Counted from the first letter of the stretch, positions 41,302 through 51,559 are shown. The stretch is DNA of 64,000 nucleotides from Chthonomonadales bacterium (GCA_049967475.1 JBMFSQ010000008.1:32001-96000), one strand, 5' to 3'. Notes: generated by a model not told the origin, from the letters alone. Program-made: numbers and translations.

Positions 41302-42247
41302 CGAAATCCTCCCAGAAGCGAGAACTCAGGTACCTCTCGCCGCCGTCAGCGAATATGACGACGATGCGCGCGCGATCCAGTCGGTTGGCCAGGCGCAGAG
41401 CTGCGGCCAGCACGGCGCCGGAAGAGATGCCTACTACGAACCCTTCTTCTCGGGCGAGCCGGCGGGTCACCGCATAGGCTTCTTCCGTGTCTACCTCCAT
41501 GATCTCGTCCGGCAGCGATGGATCGAAGATGCCGGGTACGATGGCTGTAGGCAGGTGTTTGAGCCCTTCAAGCCCGTGGAAAGCCGAGGAGGGCTGCACG
41601 GCCACTAAGCGCACGCCTGGGACGTGTTCCCGCAGGTATCGGCCCGCTCCGGTAAACGTGCCGGTAGTTCCAAGGCCGCATACGAAATGAGTGAGTGCGC
41701 CCTCGGTCTGCTTCACGATCTCCGGTCCTGTTGTGGTGTAGTGAGCCCGCCAGTTCGCTGGGTTGTTGTACTGATCCGGGTAGAAGTACTGTTCCGGGCC
41801 CGCCGCATAGATCTCGCGGGCCTTAAGGATGGCGCCGTCAGAACCGAGGCGCGGATCTGTAAGCACGAGCTCGGCCCCGAGGATGCGCAGGAGCTGTTTG
41901 CGCTCTTCGCTGGCATTGAGGGGCAAACAGAGTTTGACCTTGTAGCCAAGCGCTGCGCCAATGAGGGCATAGGCGATGCCGGTGTTGCCTGAAGTAGCAT
42001 CGAGGATCGTCTTGCCTGGCGACAATCGGCCCGTGCGTTCTCCGTCACGGATCATGTTGAGCGCAGGACGGTCTTTGATGGATCCTCCCGGATTGAACCA
42101 TTCAGCTTTAGCCCAGACCTCCACGCGGCGGTTCTGGGGCGTGACCCGTGCCAAGCGGATCAGGGGCGTATTCCCCACCAGATCGAGGAGGGATGGAAGC
42201 GGCTGTTTGATTGAGCTCGAGCTCGACGTCATAGATCCGGCTTTCAT
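41282..42247 (-). CDS. cysM: PLP-dependent cysteine synthase (CysM-like)
   Basis: GNTPL, NPGGSIKDR (PLP Lys), TSGNTG, QYNNPAN, GLGTTGT and RYLS. Confidence 0.88.
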   Translation of the reverse strand: MKAGSMTSSSSSIKQPLPSLLDLVGNTPLIRLARVTPQNRRVEVWAKAEWFNPGGSIKDRPALNMIRDGERTGRLSPGKTILDATSGNTGIAYALIGAALGYKVKLCLPLNASEERKQLLRILGAELVLTDPRLGSDGAILKAREIYAAGPEQYFYPDQYNNPANWRAHYTTTGPEIVKQTEGALTHFVCGLGTTGTFTGAGRYLREHVPGVRLVAVQPSSAFHGLEGLKHLPTAIVPGIFDPSLPDEIMEVDTEEAYAVTRRLAREEGFVVGISSGAVLAAALRLANRLDRARIVVIFADGGERYLSSRFWEDFDAGPNI

Positions 42248-42300
42248 TGCCCCTGCGCGGGCGGAATGGCATGCGCGGCCGATCCGTTCAACTGACCTAA

Positions 42301-42330
42301 ATTATATCATTACTCAAGTTTTATGCGCAA
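42301..42330 (-). promoter_or_regulatory. sigma70-type promoter for the cysM operon
   Basis: Minus strand TTGCGC-18 bp-TATAAT with TG extension. Confidence 0.6.
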
Positions 42331-42397
42331 GGGGCGGATCGTGCTCTTTGCCCGGAGCTGGGAGCGGCAAACTTCCAACAGATATAACAGCTTCCCC

Positions 42398-42475
42398 TTG
42401 ACTCAGCTCTCGGGGCTGGGGTACGCTTTCATCGTTTTTGCGCTGCCGTAACTTGGATCGTGAAAAAGACCACAA
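42398..42475 (+). promoter_or_regulatory. Candidate promoter and Rex-like operator upstream of actA
   Basis: TTGACT-18 bp-TACGCT (42398-42427) and TCGTGAAAAAGACCACAA (42458-42475; 11 of 14 positions match the Rex consensus). Confidence 0.4.
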
Positions 42476-42594
42476 AACTTGCCGATTTGGGAACGTTCGG
42501 CACATCTCCAGTCGCTTTACATGTTGGGAACCCGCGATGACCTTCGGGGGATGTCGGATTAGCTTCTGAAGAGACGTGCGTAATTGGAGCAGCC

Positions 42595-43311
42595 ATGGCC
42601 CAGGTATTTCCGCGTAGCGCCAATACGCTTGCCAGAGTGAGCCTTCTGGGCGTTGTGGTCGTGCCCTTGGGGATTTTGCTCACGGGGTCAGCCGTCACCC
42701 GCTCTGGCTACAACACGAAAGTAGATGTGCCTCAGGATCAGCCCGTTCCATTCAGCCATGAGCATCATGTGAATGAGCTTGGGATTGACTGCCGGTACTG
42801 CCACACGTCCGTGACGAAGTCTTCCTTCGCCGGCATACCGCCCACGTACACCTGTATGTCCTGCCACTCCCAAATCTGGACCAACAGCCCGCTGCTCAAG
42901 CCCGTGCGCGACAGTCTGGCGAATGGCGAGCCCTTGCAATGGGTGCGGGTGAACAAGCTGCCGGACTTCGTCTACTTCGATCACTCCATTCACATCAATC
43001 GGGGCATTAACTGCAACGTGTGCCACGGGCCCGTTCACCGCATGCAACTTACCTATAAAGGCAAGCCCTTCTTCATGTCCTTCTGCCTCAATTGCCATCG
43101 AAACCCGGAAGGCTATCTGCGTCCGCGAAACGAGGTTTTCAACCTTTATGTGCGATACCAGCGGGGCGATATTTCTGCGGAGGACCGAAGGATGCTGGAT
43201 GATCCCGACTATGTGCCGTCGCCGGCGCAGGTTGCCAAGGGCCGTGAGCTCGTGAAGGAATATGGGATCAAGAAGGCCCAGCTTACGGACTGCTGGATCT
43301 GTCATCGTTAG
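42595..43311 (+). CDS. actA: Alternative complex III subunit ActA, pentaheme cytochrome c
   Basis: N-terminal TM helix, QPVPFSH, five CxxCH motifs (CRYCH, CMSCH, CNVCH, CLNCH, CWICH) and LPDFVYFDHS.H. Confidence 0.93.
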   Translation: MAQVFPRSANTLARVSLLGVVVVPLGILLTGSAVTRSGYNTKVDVPQDQPVPFSHEHHVNELGIDCRYCHTSVTKSSFAGIPPTYTCMSCHSQIWTNSPLLKPVRDSLANGEPLQWVRVNKLPDFVYFDHSIHINRGINCNVCHGPVHRMQLTYKGKPFFMSFCLNCHRNPEGYLRPRNEVFNLYVRYQRGDISAEDRRMLDDPDYVPSPAQVAKGRELVKEYGIKKAQLTDCWICHR

Positions 43312-43329
43312 GACGGGCGAGGACGCTTC

Positions 43330-46300
43330 ATGATTGGCGACAACCACAACGATGCCCAAGACACCGATGGGCTCCACAAGATGAAAAGCCGCCTTGCCGG
43401 TCGCAAGGGCCAAGAGTATTGGCGCAGTTTGGAGGAGCTTGCAGATACTCCCGAGTTCCGCCGCTTCGTAGACGACGAATTCCCCAACCGCTCCTCACTG
43501 CTGGAGGCCATGCGAATGGACCGGCGGAGCTTCCTTACCCTGATGGGCTCTTCCATCGCTCTCGCGGGGCTTTCGGGCTGTCGCTTCCTGCCGGCAGAAA
43601 AGATCGTGCCTTACGTGCAGGCTCCCGAGGACCTCATCCCGGGTGTGCCCGTGTACTATGCCACGGCGGCGGTAATCGGCGGCTACGGTGTTGGCGTGCT
43701 CGTAGAGAGCCACGAGGGAAGACCCACGAAGATCGAGGGGAACCCTGGGCACCCGGCCAGTTTGGGAAGCACGGATGCGCTGGTGCAGGCTACGCTGCTG
43801 GATCTGTACGATCCGGAACGTTCCCAGAACGTGTCCAGGAAGGGCCAAGCGGCAACGTGGGATGCGTTTTTTGCCGAAGCGCGCAAGGCGCTGGGCGGGC
43901 TCGGTTCCGGCGGCGACGGGCTGCGCGTGCTTACGGGAACCGTAACCTCTCCAACTTTGGCACGCCAGATGGCCTCTCTATTGGCCAAGTACCCGGCGGC
44001 CCGATGGCACCGGTACGATCCGGCTGGGGATCACAACGCCCGCACAGGCACCATTGCAGCATTCGGCAAGCCGGTAATGGCCCTGTACCATCTGGATAAG
44101 GCATCCCGTATTCTGGCCCTCGATGCCGATTTCCTGCAGAGCCCGCCTTCCAACGTCCGGTACGCCAGAGATTTTGCCCAGCGCAGGCGTGTGAGGCGAG
44201 GTTCTACGGAGATGAGCCGGTTGTACGCGCTGGAAAGCACCCCCGGCATCACCGGCGCCGTGGCGGATCACCGCAAGGCTGTGCGTCCCGCTGAGGTTGA
44301 GGTGTACGCCCGTGCCGTGGCAGCAGCTTTGGGGCCGGCCGGGGGGTCGAGCTCCGGCGCGCCGGATGCTCCATGGGCAGCAGCGGTGGCCCGAGATTTG
44401 GCTGCCCATCGCGGCGCGAGCGTGGTCATTCCAGGGCAAGGTCAGCCCGCCGCCGTGCACGCGCTTGCCCATGCCATGAACCAGATGTTGGGCGCTGTAG
44501 GTAATACCGTGACCTTCGTGGAGCCGGCAGAAGCGGATCCTGTAGACCATCTGGCGTCGCTGCAGGAACTCGTGGCGGATATGCGTGCAGGCAAAGTGAA
44601 GGTGCTCCTGATCATAGGGGGCAACCCTGCCTATACCGCCCCGGCGGATTTGGAGTTCGCAGCCGCTTTGGGCGCTGTGCCCTTCAGCGTGCATCTGGGC
44701 CGCTATGAGGATGAGACGTCCCAGGCATGCCTCTGGCATCTGGCTGAGAGCCATTATTTGGAAGCATGGAGCGACGTGAGGGCCTTCGACGGTACAGCGT
44801 CCATCGTGCAGCCCCTCATTCAGCCTCTGTATTCTACGCGTTCCGCGCACGAGGTGTTGGCGGAGCTCATGGGGGAACCGGCGCCGGGACTGGAGATCGT
44901 GCAGAACTATTGGAAGGAGAAGTTCTCCGGGACCGGTCGCAACTTCCAAGATGCGTGGCGCAAGTGGCTCAATGACGGGGTTGTTCCCGGGACAGCTTCG
45001 CCTCCGATCGAGGTGCCGGCAGCCAAAATACCTGCGCAGTCGCCGGCTGCCGCGGGCGGGTACGACATCATCTTTCGGCCGGATCCCAATCTGCTGGACG
45101 GCACCTTCGCCAACAACGCCTGGCTCATGGAACTTCCGCGGCCGCTTACGAAGCTTACATGGGACAACGCAGCCCTCATGAGCCCGGCTACAGCCGTGCG
45201 GCTGGGGCTGGCCTCACCGGGGAAGGCCTATGTTGCCAACAGCCAAGTAGTGGAGCTTGCCTACAAGGGGCGGAGGCTGAAGGCGCCTCTCTTTATCCTG
45301 CCTGGGCACGCCGATGATTGCGTCACCCTTCATCTCGGTTGGGGGCGCAGCCGAGGCGGGTCCGTATGCGCCGGCAAGGGGGTGAATGCATATGCGCTCC
45401 AAACGTCCGACGCGCCAAACTTCGATACCGGGCTGCAAATACGCCCCACACAAGACCGCTACGAGCTGGTGTCTACGCATTACCACAGCGCCATAGACAT
45501 GGAAGGCCGCGAACCGGTGCTTTGGCGCACCTTCGACGATTTTGTGAAGAGTGGTTATGCCCCCGTGGCAGCGGAAGAGGAGAGCAACCCCAGCCAGAGC
45601 ATGTTCCAAACTCCTGCAGAGTACGCCCAGTACGACGGGTATGCCTGGGGAATGACCATAGACCTGAATGTGTGCATAGGATGCAACGCGTGTGTCGTGG
45701 CATGCCAGGCGGAGAACAATATCCCCGTAGTGGGGAAGGACCAGGTGTCCCGCGGGCGTGAGATGCACTGGATCCGCATTGACCGGTACTACCAGGGGAC
45801 ATCCGAAGCCGACCTCGAGAACCCCGTCACCTTCTTCGAGCCTGTACCCTGCATGCAATGTGAATTGGCTCCCTGTGAACCGGTGTGCCCCGTGGGTGCC
45901 ACGACCCACAGCCACGAGGGGCTCAATCAGATGGTTTACAACCGCTGTGTGGGTACGCGGTATTGCTCCAACAACTGCCCCTACAAGGTGCGCCGTTTCA
46001 ACTTCTACAAATTCTCCGCCGGCCAGCCCAACAACGCGCCGGGGAATTACGACAATCCCACCTTCAAGCTCATGGCGAACCCCAACGTCACCGTACGCGG
46101 CCGCGGGGTTATGGAGAAATGCACGTACTGCGTGCAGCGCATCAACGAAGCGCGCATCAAAGCCAAGGAGCGGAACCGTGTCATTCGGGACGGCGAGATA
46201 CAAACAGCGTGCCAGCAGGCTTGTCCCACTAAGGCGATCGTTTTTGGGAACATCCATGATGCCGGAGCAGAAGCAGCCCGTTTAAGGCAAGAGCCGGCTA

Positions 46301-46404
46301 AGTTCGTACTTCTCGGCGAACTGAATACCCGGCCGCGCACGACATATCTGGCCAAGTTCCGCAACCTGAACCCAGAGATCCGCACGGAGAAGAGCGTTGA
46401 GTAA
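43330..46404 (+). CDS. actB: Alternative complex III subunit ActB (molybdopterin-oxidoreductase-like domain plus Fe-S domain)
   Basis: YWRSLEEL leader, Tat-lipoprotein signal RRSFL...LSGC, EGRPTKIEGNP, and C-terminal CIGCNAC, CMQC...PCEPVCP, RCVGTRYCSNNCPY, MEKCTYC. Confidence 0.95.
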   Translation: MIGDNHNDAQDTDGLHKMKSRLAGRKGQEYWRSLEELADTPEFRRFVDDEFPNRSSLLEAMRMDRRSFLTLMGSSIALAGLSGCRFLPAEKIVPYVQAPEDLIPGVPVYYATAAVIGGYGVGVLVESHEGRPTKIEGNPGHPASLGSTDALVQATLLDLYDPERSQNVSRKGQAATWDAFFAEARKALGGLGSGGDGLRVLTGTVTSPTLARQMASLLAKYPAARWHRYDPAGDHNARTGTIAAFGKPVMALYHLDKASRILALDADFLQSPPSNVRYARDFAQRRRVRRGSTEMSRLYALESTPGITGAVADHRKAVRPAEVEVYARAVAAALGPAGGSSSGAPDAPWAAAVARDLAAHRGASVVIPGQGQPAAVHALAHAMNQMLGAVGNTVTFVEPAEADPVDHLASLQELVADMRAGKVKVLLIIGGNPAYTAPADLEFAAALGAVPFSVHLGRYEDETSQACLWHLAESHYLEAWSDVRAFDGTASIVQPLIQPLYSTRSAHEVLAELMGEPAPGLEIVQNYWKEKFSGTGRNFQDAWRKWLNDGVVPGTASPPIEVPAAKIPAQSPAAAGGYDIIFRPDPNLLDGTFANNAWLMELPRPLTKLTWDNAALMSPATAVRLGLASPGKAYVANSQVVELAYKGRRLKAPLFILPGHADDCVTLHLGWGRSRGGSVCAGKGVNAYALQTSDAPNFDTGLQIRPTQDRYELVSTHYHSAIDMEGREPVLWRTFDDFVKSGYAPVAAEEESNPSQSMFQTPAEYAQYDGYAWGMTIDLNVCIGCNACVVACQAENNIPVVGKDQVSRGREMHWIRIDRYYQGTSEADLENPVTFFEPVPCMQCELAPCEPVCPVGATTHSHEGLNQMVYNRCVGTRYCSNNCPYKVRRFNFYKFSAGQPNNAPGNYDNPTFKLMANPNVTVRGRGVMEKCTYCVQRINEARIKAKERNRVIRDGEIQTACQQACPTKAIVFGNIHDAGAEAARLRQEPAKFVLLGELNTRPRTTYLAKFRNLNPEIRTEKSVE

Positions 46405-47812
46405 TCTGCCTAGCGAGCGCATCCTTACCGGCGAACACTCCTATGGAACGATTGATCGCCGCATCGGCGAGGTCGTTCTTGATCAGCGGAAGCATCCCCT
46501 TCCGTGGTACGTCACCTTCGCCATAGGCTTCGGCCTGCTTCAGGTGATGATGCTGGCGTTTACCTGGCTCCTTTACAAAGGAGTAGGCATCTGGGGCATC
46601 AACATCCCTGTAGGCTGGGGCTTCGCGATCATCAATTTCGTGTGGTGGATCGGTATAGGTCATGCCGGGACGCTTATTTCGGCGATCCTTCTCTTGATGC
46701 GGCAGTTGTGGCGCAATTCCATCAACCGGTTCGCCGAGGCGATGACCCTCTTCGCCGTCATGTGCGCCGGCCTCTTTCCGTTACTCCACACCGGCAGGCC
46801 ATGGGTGGCGTACTGGCTCTTTCCTTATCCCAGTGTGCTTGGCGTATGGCCGCAGTTCCGCAGTCCTCTCGTATGGGATGTCTTCGCCGTGTCCACGTAC
46901 ATGACGGTGTCGGCCCTGTTTTGGTACATCGGCCTCATTCCAGACTTTGCCACCCTTCGGGACAGAGCCGGCAACCGCCTCGCCCAGATTATTTTCGGCA
47001 TTCTTTCCATGGGGTGGCGGGGTTCGGCCGGTCACTGGTTCCGGTATGAGACGGCCTACCTAATCCTTGCGGGCCTCTCCACGCCCCTCGTACTCTCCGT
47101 GCACAGCATTGTGAGCTTCGACTTCGCCGTGAGCATCATACCGGGCTGGCATACTACCATCTTTCCGCCGTACTTCGTGGCTGGAGCCATCTATGCCGGG
47201 TTCGCAATGGTGCTGATCCTGGCGATCCCCATTCGCGCGTGGTACGGCCTCAAGGACTTCATCACCATGCGCCACCTCGATTGGATGGCGAAGTTTATGC
47301 TGGGTACGGGCCTCGTGGTGTTCTACGGCTATGTGATGGAAGCCTTCTATGCCTGGTACAGCGGGAACAAATATGAGCAATACATGATGATGAACCGGTG
47401 GGTTGGGCCCTATGCGCCACTCTATTGGGCGCTCATCGTATGCAACGGCATCACTCCGCAATTCCTTTGGTCCCCCAAAGTGCGCCGGAATTTGGCCATG
47501 CTCTTCACCATATCCGTGGTGGTGAGCATCGGGATGTGGCTGGAGCGCTTCATGATCGTGGTAGAGAGCCTGCATCGGGACTTCCTCCCGTCGAGTTGGG
47601 GTATGTACGCAGGCACTATTTGGGATTGGGCTACCTTCATCGGCACCATCGGCTTCTTCACGTTCAACATGTTCCTGTTCATCCGGTTTGTTCCCATGAT
47701 CAACATGTTCGAGATGAAGGACCTCCTGCACAGGATTACGGGGCGCCTCCCCATGCATCCGGAGCCCAAACCTGTGCATGAAGCGAGAGAACTCGCAGAG
47801 GAGAGGGCGTGA
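46397..47812 (+). CDS. actC: Alternative complex III subunit ActC (NrfD/PsrC family quinol-binding subunit)
   Basis: NFVWWIGIGHAGTLISA, RFAEAMT, HTGRPW and SPLVWDVFAVSTY. Confidence 0.95.
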   Translation: MSNLPSERILTGEHSYGTIDRRIGEVVLDQRKHPLPWYVTFAIGFGLLQVMMLAFTWLLYKGVGIWGINIPVGWGFAIINFVWWIGIGHAGTLISAILLLMRQLWRNSINRFAEAMTLFAVMCAGLFPLLHTGRPWVAYWLFPYPSVLGVWPQFRSPLVWDVFAVSTYMTVSALFWYIGLIPDFATLRDRAGNRLAQIIFGILSMGWRGSAGHWFRYETAYLILAGLSTPLVLSVHSIVSFDFAVSIIPGWHTTIFPPYFVAGAIYAGFAMVLILAIPIRAWYGLKDFITMRHLDWMAKFMLGTGLVVFYGYVMEAFYAWYSGNKYEQYMMMNRWVGPYAPLYWALIVCNGITPQFLWSPKVRRNLAMLFTISVVVSIGMWLERFMIVVESLHRDFLPSSWGMYAGTIWDWATFIGTIGFFTFNMFLFIRFVPMINMFEMKDLLHRITGRLPMHPEPKPVHEARELAEERA

Positions 47813-47821
47813 GGGAGCACC

Positions 47822-48367
47822 ATGGAGACACACGGCGCGCCAAAAGTGTACGGAATGCTGGCTGAGTTCGGCGATGCAGAAGAGATCGTGGTGGCGGCCG
47901 GCAAAGCCAAAGAGGCGGGATACGTGCGCCTCGATGCCTTTACTCCTTACCCCGTTCACGGCCTGCCGGAAGCCATCGGGTTCCGCGACGTGCTGGTGCC
48001 TTGGCTCATCTTCTTCGGCGGGGTGTGCGGCGCTGTGGGAGGCTTCGCCCTCCAGTACTGGATCAATGTTGTGGACTACCCTATGGATATTGGAGGGCGC
48101 CCCTTCGTTACGTGGCCGTCCTTCATTCCTGTAACCTTTGAATGTACCGTCCTGTTCGCAGCCTTCGCAGCGGTGATTGGGATGCTCATGTTGAACGGCC
48201 TTCCCCGCCCTCATCATCCGGTGTTTAACGCTGATCGCTTCGCTCGAGCGAGCCAGGACCGCTTCTTCCTGTGCATCGAGGCGCGGGATCCCCGGTATGA
48301 CGCGGCGGCAACACGTCGCTTCCTAGAAGGGCTCGGCGCCATCTCGGTGGAGGAGGTAGCGGCATGA
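47822..48367 (+). CDS. actD: Alternative complex III subunit ActD (DUF3341)
   Basis: AFTPYPVHGL, IGGRP and FIPVTFE. Confidence 0.92.
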   Translation: METHGAPKVYGMLAEFGDAEEIVVAAGKAKEAGYVRLDAFTPYPVHGLPEAIGFRDVLVPWLIFFGGVCGAVGGFALQYWINVVDYPMDIGGRPFVTWPSFIPVTFECTVLFAAFAAVIGMLMLNGLPRPHHPVFNADRFARASQDRFFLCIEARDPRYDAAATRRFLEGLGAISVEEVAA

Positions 48368-49026
48368 CGGCACGGACTTCTCGATGGTTGCGCGTGGCAG
48401 TGGCACTGGTTGCAGGCGTCGGGCTCGGCGGCTGCCACACAGACATGTGGGTGCAGAACAAGATCCAGAAGCCCTATCAGGGAGATGCCTTTTTTGCCGA
48501 CGGATCCTCGGCACGCCCCGAAGTGGTGGGCGTCGTAGCCCACGGAGAGTACCATCCGGATGACGCCCTCTATACCGGGATGGATCACGGTAAGCTCGCT
48601 ACGGCATTTCCGTTCCCGATTACGAGAGCCGATTTGGCTCGAGGCCAGGACCAGTTCAATGTATTCTGTGCGCCGTGCCATGGCCGTCTCGGGTACGGCA
48701 ATGGGATGATCGCTCAGCGGGGCTTCGCCGTTCGGATCCAGCCGGGCAATTACCACACGGACCGGTTACGACGGATGCCGGTAGGACATTTCTTCGACGT
48801 GATAACCAACGGCTTTGGGATGATGTACGGGTACGCGTCGCGCATTCCCGATGTGAAGGACCGATGGCGCATCGTAGCCTACATCCGGGCGTTGCAGCTC
48901 AGCCAGCATGCGCCGTTGCGCGACGTTCCGCCGGGGGCGCTCGGGGCGGCTGATGCGCTCCAGAAGGAGGCCGCGCCGACCGATGGGGCGACCGAGCCCG
49001 GTGCGCCGAACAAGGGACAGCCATGA
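48364..49026 (+). CDS. actE: Alternative complex III subunit ActE, monoheme cytochrome c lipoprotein
   Basis: Lipobox LGGC, CAPCH and RW.IVAYIRALQ. Confidence 0.92.
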   Translation: MTARTSRWLRVAVALVAGVGLGGCHTDMWVQNKIQKPYQGDAFFADGSSARPEVVGVVAHGEYHPDDALYTGMDHGKLATAFPFPITRADLARGQDQFNVFCAPCHGRLGYGNGMIAQRGFAVRIQPGNYHTDRLRRMPVGHFFDVITNGFGMMYGYASRIPDVKDRWRIVAYIRALQLSQHAPLRDVPPGALGAADALQKEAAPTDGATEPGAPNKGQP

Positions 49027-50207
49027 GAGCATCCGATGAACTGATTGCAAAACTGAAGCAGGCGCGGGTCCCTGCCGCTGTTGTGGGGCTTGCAGGTACG
49101 GCTCTTTGTGTTGTGGGCGCCCTGGGGAGCTGGGAGCAGTTTCTGCAGTGTTATCTGTTCGCCTACGTGCTTTGGATGGGCATCACGCTGGGTTGTATGG
49201 CTTTGATGATGCTGCACCACATGGTCAAGAGCCGCTGGGGCCTTCCGATCGTTCGCCCGGCAGAGGCAGGGGCGGGGAACTTGTGGTTCATGGCACTGCT
49301 GTTTCTTCCGATCGCAGCAGGTTTGGGCGCCCTGTATCCGTGGGCTAAGCCGGCACTCGTGGCATCCAGCACCATCTTGAAGCACAAACAGCCCTACCTC
49401 AATGTGCCGTTCTTCATGGTGCGGGCCGTGATTTACTTTGGGATTTGGATGGGCTTGACCGCAGTGATCCGCAGATTATCGGTGCAACAGGATCAGAACG
49501 GGGATCTTACCCTTGCAGATCGGCGTGCGTCTTGGGCGGCTCCGGGTTTGGTGGCGTATGTGGTCACCGTCACCTTCGCGTTCACGGATTGGGTAATGTC
49601 GCTCCATCCATCGTGGTATTCCACGATCTTCGGCTTCTGGTTCGTAATGTCCCAGGGCATGAGCGGTCTCTGCTTCCTGATCGTTTTCCTTACGTTGGTT
49701 CGCCGGTACGCTCCCTTCGAGCCCTATGCAACGCCCGGCGGCTATCGAGACCTGGGGAACCTGCTGTTGACCTTCGTGATGTTTTGGGGATACCTGTCGC
49801 TTTCCCAGTTCTTGATCATCTATTCCGGAAACCTGCCGGACGAGGCCTCCTATTACTTGACGCGCATGCAGGGGATATGGTGGGCAATCGGCACCTTTCT
49901 GGTGCTGTTCCAATTCTTCGTTCCCTTCTTGCTGCTGCTTTCGGGTCGCACGAAGCGCACGCCCGTTTACCTGGGGAGCTTGGCCGCCTTTCTGCTTGCA
50001 GTGCGCGCGGTAGACATGTTCTGGACCGTTTTGCCGTTCTTCCCGATCCCTGCGACCACGCTGCCTCTCGGATATGTGTGGATGGGGTTGGCAGCCTTTG
50101 CAGCTATAGGGGGGTGGTGGGTGGTGCTCTTCTTAACGGCTCTGCCGCGGGCTCTGCTCGTTCCTATCGAGGTTCCCGGGGCAGCGGAGGTGCTGGAACA
50201 TGCGTAG
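49023..50207 (+). CDS. actF: Alternative complex III subunit ActF
   Basis: Multi-TM protein with DWVMSL.P.WYST, DLGNLL and SQFLIIY.GNLP. Confidence 0.9.
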   Translation: MRASDELIAKLKQARVPAAVVGLAGTALCVVGALGSWEQFLQCYLFAYVLWMGITLGCMALMMLHHMVKSRWGLPIVRPAEAGAGNLWFMALLFLPIAAGLGALYPWAKPALVASSTILKHKQPYLNVPFFMVRAVIYFGIWMGLTAVIRRLSVQQDQNGDLTLADRRASWAAPGLVAYVVTVTFAFTDWVMSLHPSWYSTIFGFWFVMSQGMSGLCFLIVFLTLVRRYAPFEPYATPGGYRDLGNLLLTFVMFWGYLSLSQFLIIYSGNLPDEASYYLTRMQGIWWAIGTFLVLFQFFVPFLLLLSGRTKRTPVYLGSLAAFLLAVRAVDMFWTVLPFFPIPATTLPLGYVWMGLAAFAAIGGWWVVLFLTALPRALLVPIEVPGAAEVLEHA

Positions 50208-50667
50208 AGCAGAGGAGAAAATGGATCCCCAGGTGGATTACTTGCGGAAGCTGGGGTACGAGGCCCGGGATGTGTCCCTCGAGGCTTTGGGCAAGTGGCT
50301 GATTGCCTTGGGCATCTTTATCGGCGGCACGGCGCTGGTTACCTACGGCATCTTCAAGTTGTTCGTAGCGCCTGTAGTTCCGGGCGCGGAACAAAGCCCC
50401 GGTCTTACGGCGCCATTGCCGCCCCCGCCCGCGCCGAACCCGGCGCTGCAGCCCGCCCCTCGGCTGGATTTGAAAAAGTGGCGCGAGGACGAAGACGCAG
50501 CCATGAACAGCTACGGCTGGGTGGACCGGCGCAAAGGTATCGTGCGCATCCCGGTGGAGCGGGCGATGGATTTGCTTGCCGCAGGTGGATTGCCGGTAAA
50601 GCAGGCACCCAACAAGGCGCCGTCGGCGGATGCAAGCGCCGGCGGCACAGCGGAAGCCTCCCATTAG
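50200..50667 (+). CDS. actG: Alternative complex III subunit ActG-like protein
   Basis: One TM helix, Pro-rich segment and SYGWVD...VRIPVERAM; positioned after actF. Confidence 0.75.
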   Translation: MRRAEEKMDPQVDYLRKLGYEARDVSLEALGKWLIALGIFIGGTALVTYGIFKLFVAPVVPGAEQSPGLTAPLPPPPAPNPALQPAPRLDLKKWREDEDAAMNSYGWVDRRKGIVRIPVERAMDLLAAGGLPVKQAPNKAPSADASAGGTAEASH

Positions 50668-50695
50668 CAGGCAACGCAGGATCGGTGGAGGAGCA

Positions 50696-51559
50696 ATGAA
50701 GATGGAGAAAGCGCTTGGAAAGGCGATTGCCGTGTTGGTGCTTGGGGTGGCGGTTACAGCCGCACCAACCCTTGCACAACAACAGCCGATAGATCTCGGC
50801 AAACAGGTTGGGTTGGACCAGAAACTCAACGCTCAGGTGCCGCTCAATGTAACCTTCCAAGATGAAACCGGGGCAACCGTTCCTCTTGGCAAATACTTTG
50901 GAAGCAAGCCGGTAGTACTGGTGCTGCCGTTCTACACGTGCCCGGGGATCTGCGCTCTCGAGTTGGATGGCATGGTAAAGGCTTTCCGTGGGCTGGATTT
51001 GGCGATGGGGAAAGACTACGAGGTGGTCACCATCAGCATCAATCCCAAGGAGACGCCTGCGCTTGCTGCGGCGAAGCATTCGGAATACGCATCGCTGTAT
51101 GCCAAACCCGGGGCCGACACGGGCTGGCACTTTTTGGTAGGGACCGATGCCAATATCCACGCCGTGGCGAACGCCGTGGGCTTTCGGTACGTGTACGACA
51201 AGGCAAACGACCAGTACGCCCATCCGGCAGGGATTATCGTGCTCACACCCGACGGGCGCACGAGCCATTACTTTTACGGCGTAGATTACATGCCGCGGGA
51301 CCTGCGCTTCGCTCTGATCACCGCATCGCGCGGGCGGATTGGGAGCCTGGTAGATCAGATCAAACTGCTCTGCTACCACATAGATCCTGCCACGGGCAAG
51401 TACGGCCTGTTGATCAGCCGGGTGCTCCAGTTGGCTGGGGGTGCTACTGTGCTCGCTCTGGGAACCTTCATGACGCTGATGTTCCTGCACGATCGGAAGC
51501 GGGCGCGGGCGACGGCTCCCCATGATGGAAGCGTTCAGATGCAGAGACCTGGTGCTTAG
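50696..51559 (+). CDS. SCO1/SenC family copper chaperone
   Basis: Signal peptide, CPGIC (CxxxC), WHFLVG and YAHP; ATG at 50696 after GGAGGAG. Confidence 0.9.
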   Translation: MKMEKALGKAIAVLVLGVAVTAAPTLAQQQPIDLGKQVGLDQKLNAQVPLNVTFQDETGATVPLGKYFGSKPVVLVLPFYTCPGICALELDGMVKAFRGLDLAMGKDYEVVTISINPKETPALAAAKHSEYASLYAKPGADTGWHFLVGTDANIHAVANAVGFRYVYDKANDQYAHPAGIIVLTPDGRTSHYFYGVDYMPRDLRFALITASRGRIGSLVDQIKLLCYHIDPATGKYGLLISRVLQLAGGATVLALGTFMTLMFLHDRKRARATAPHDGSVQMQRPGA

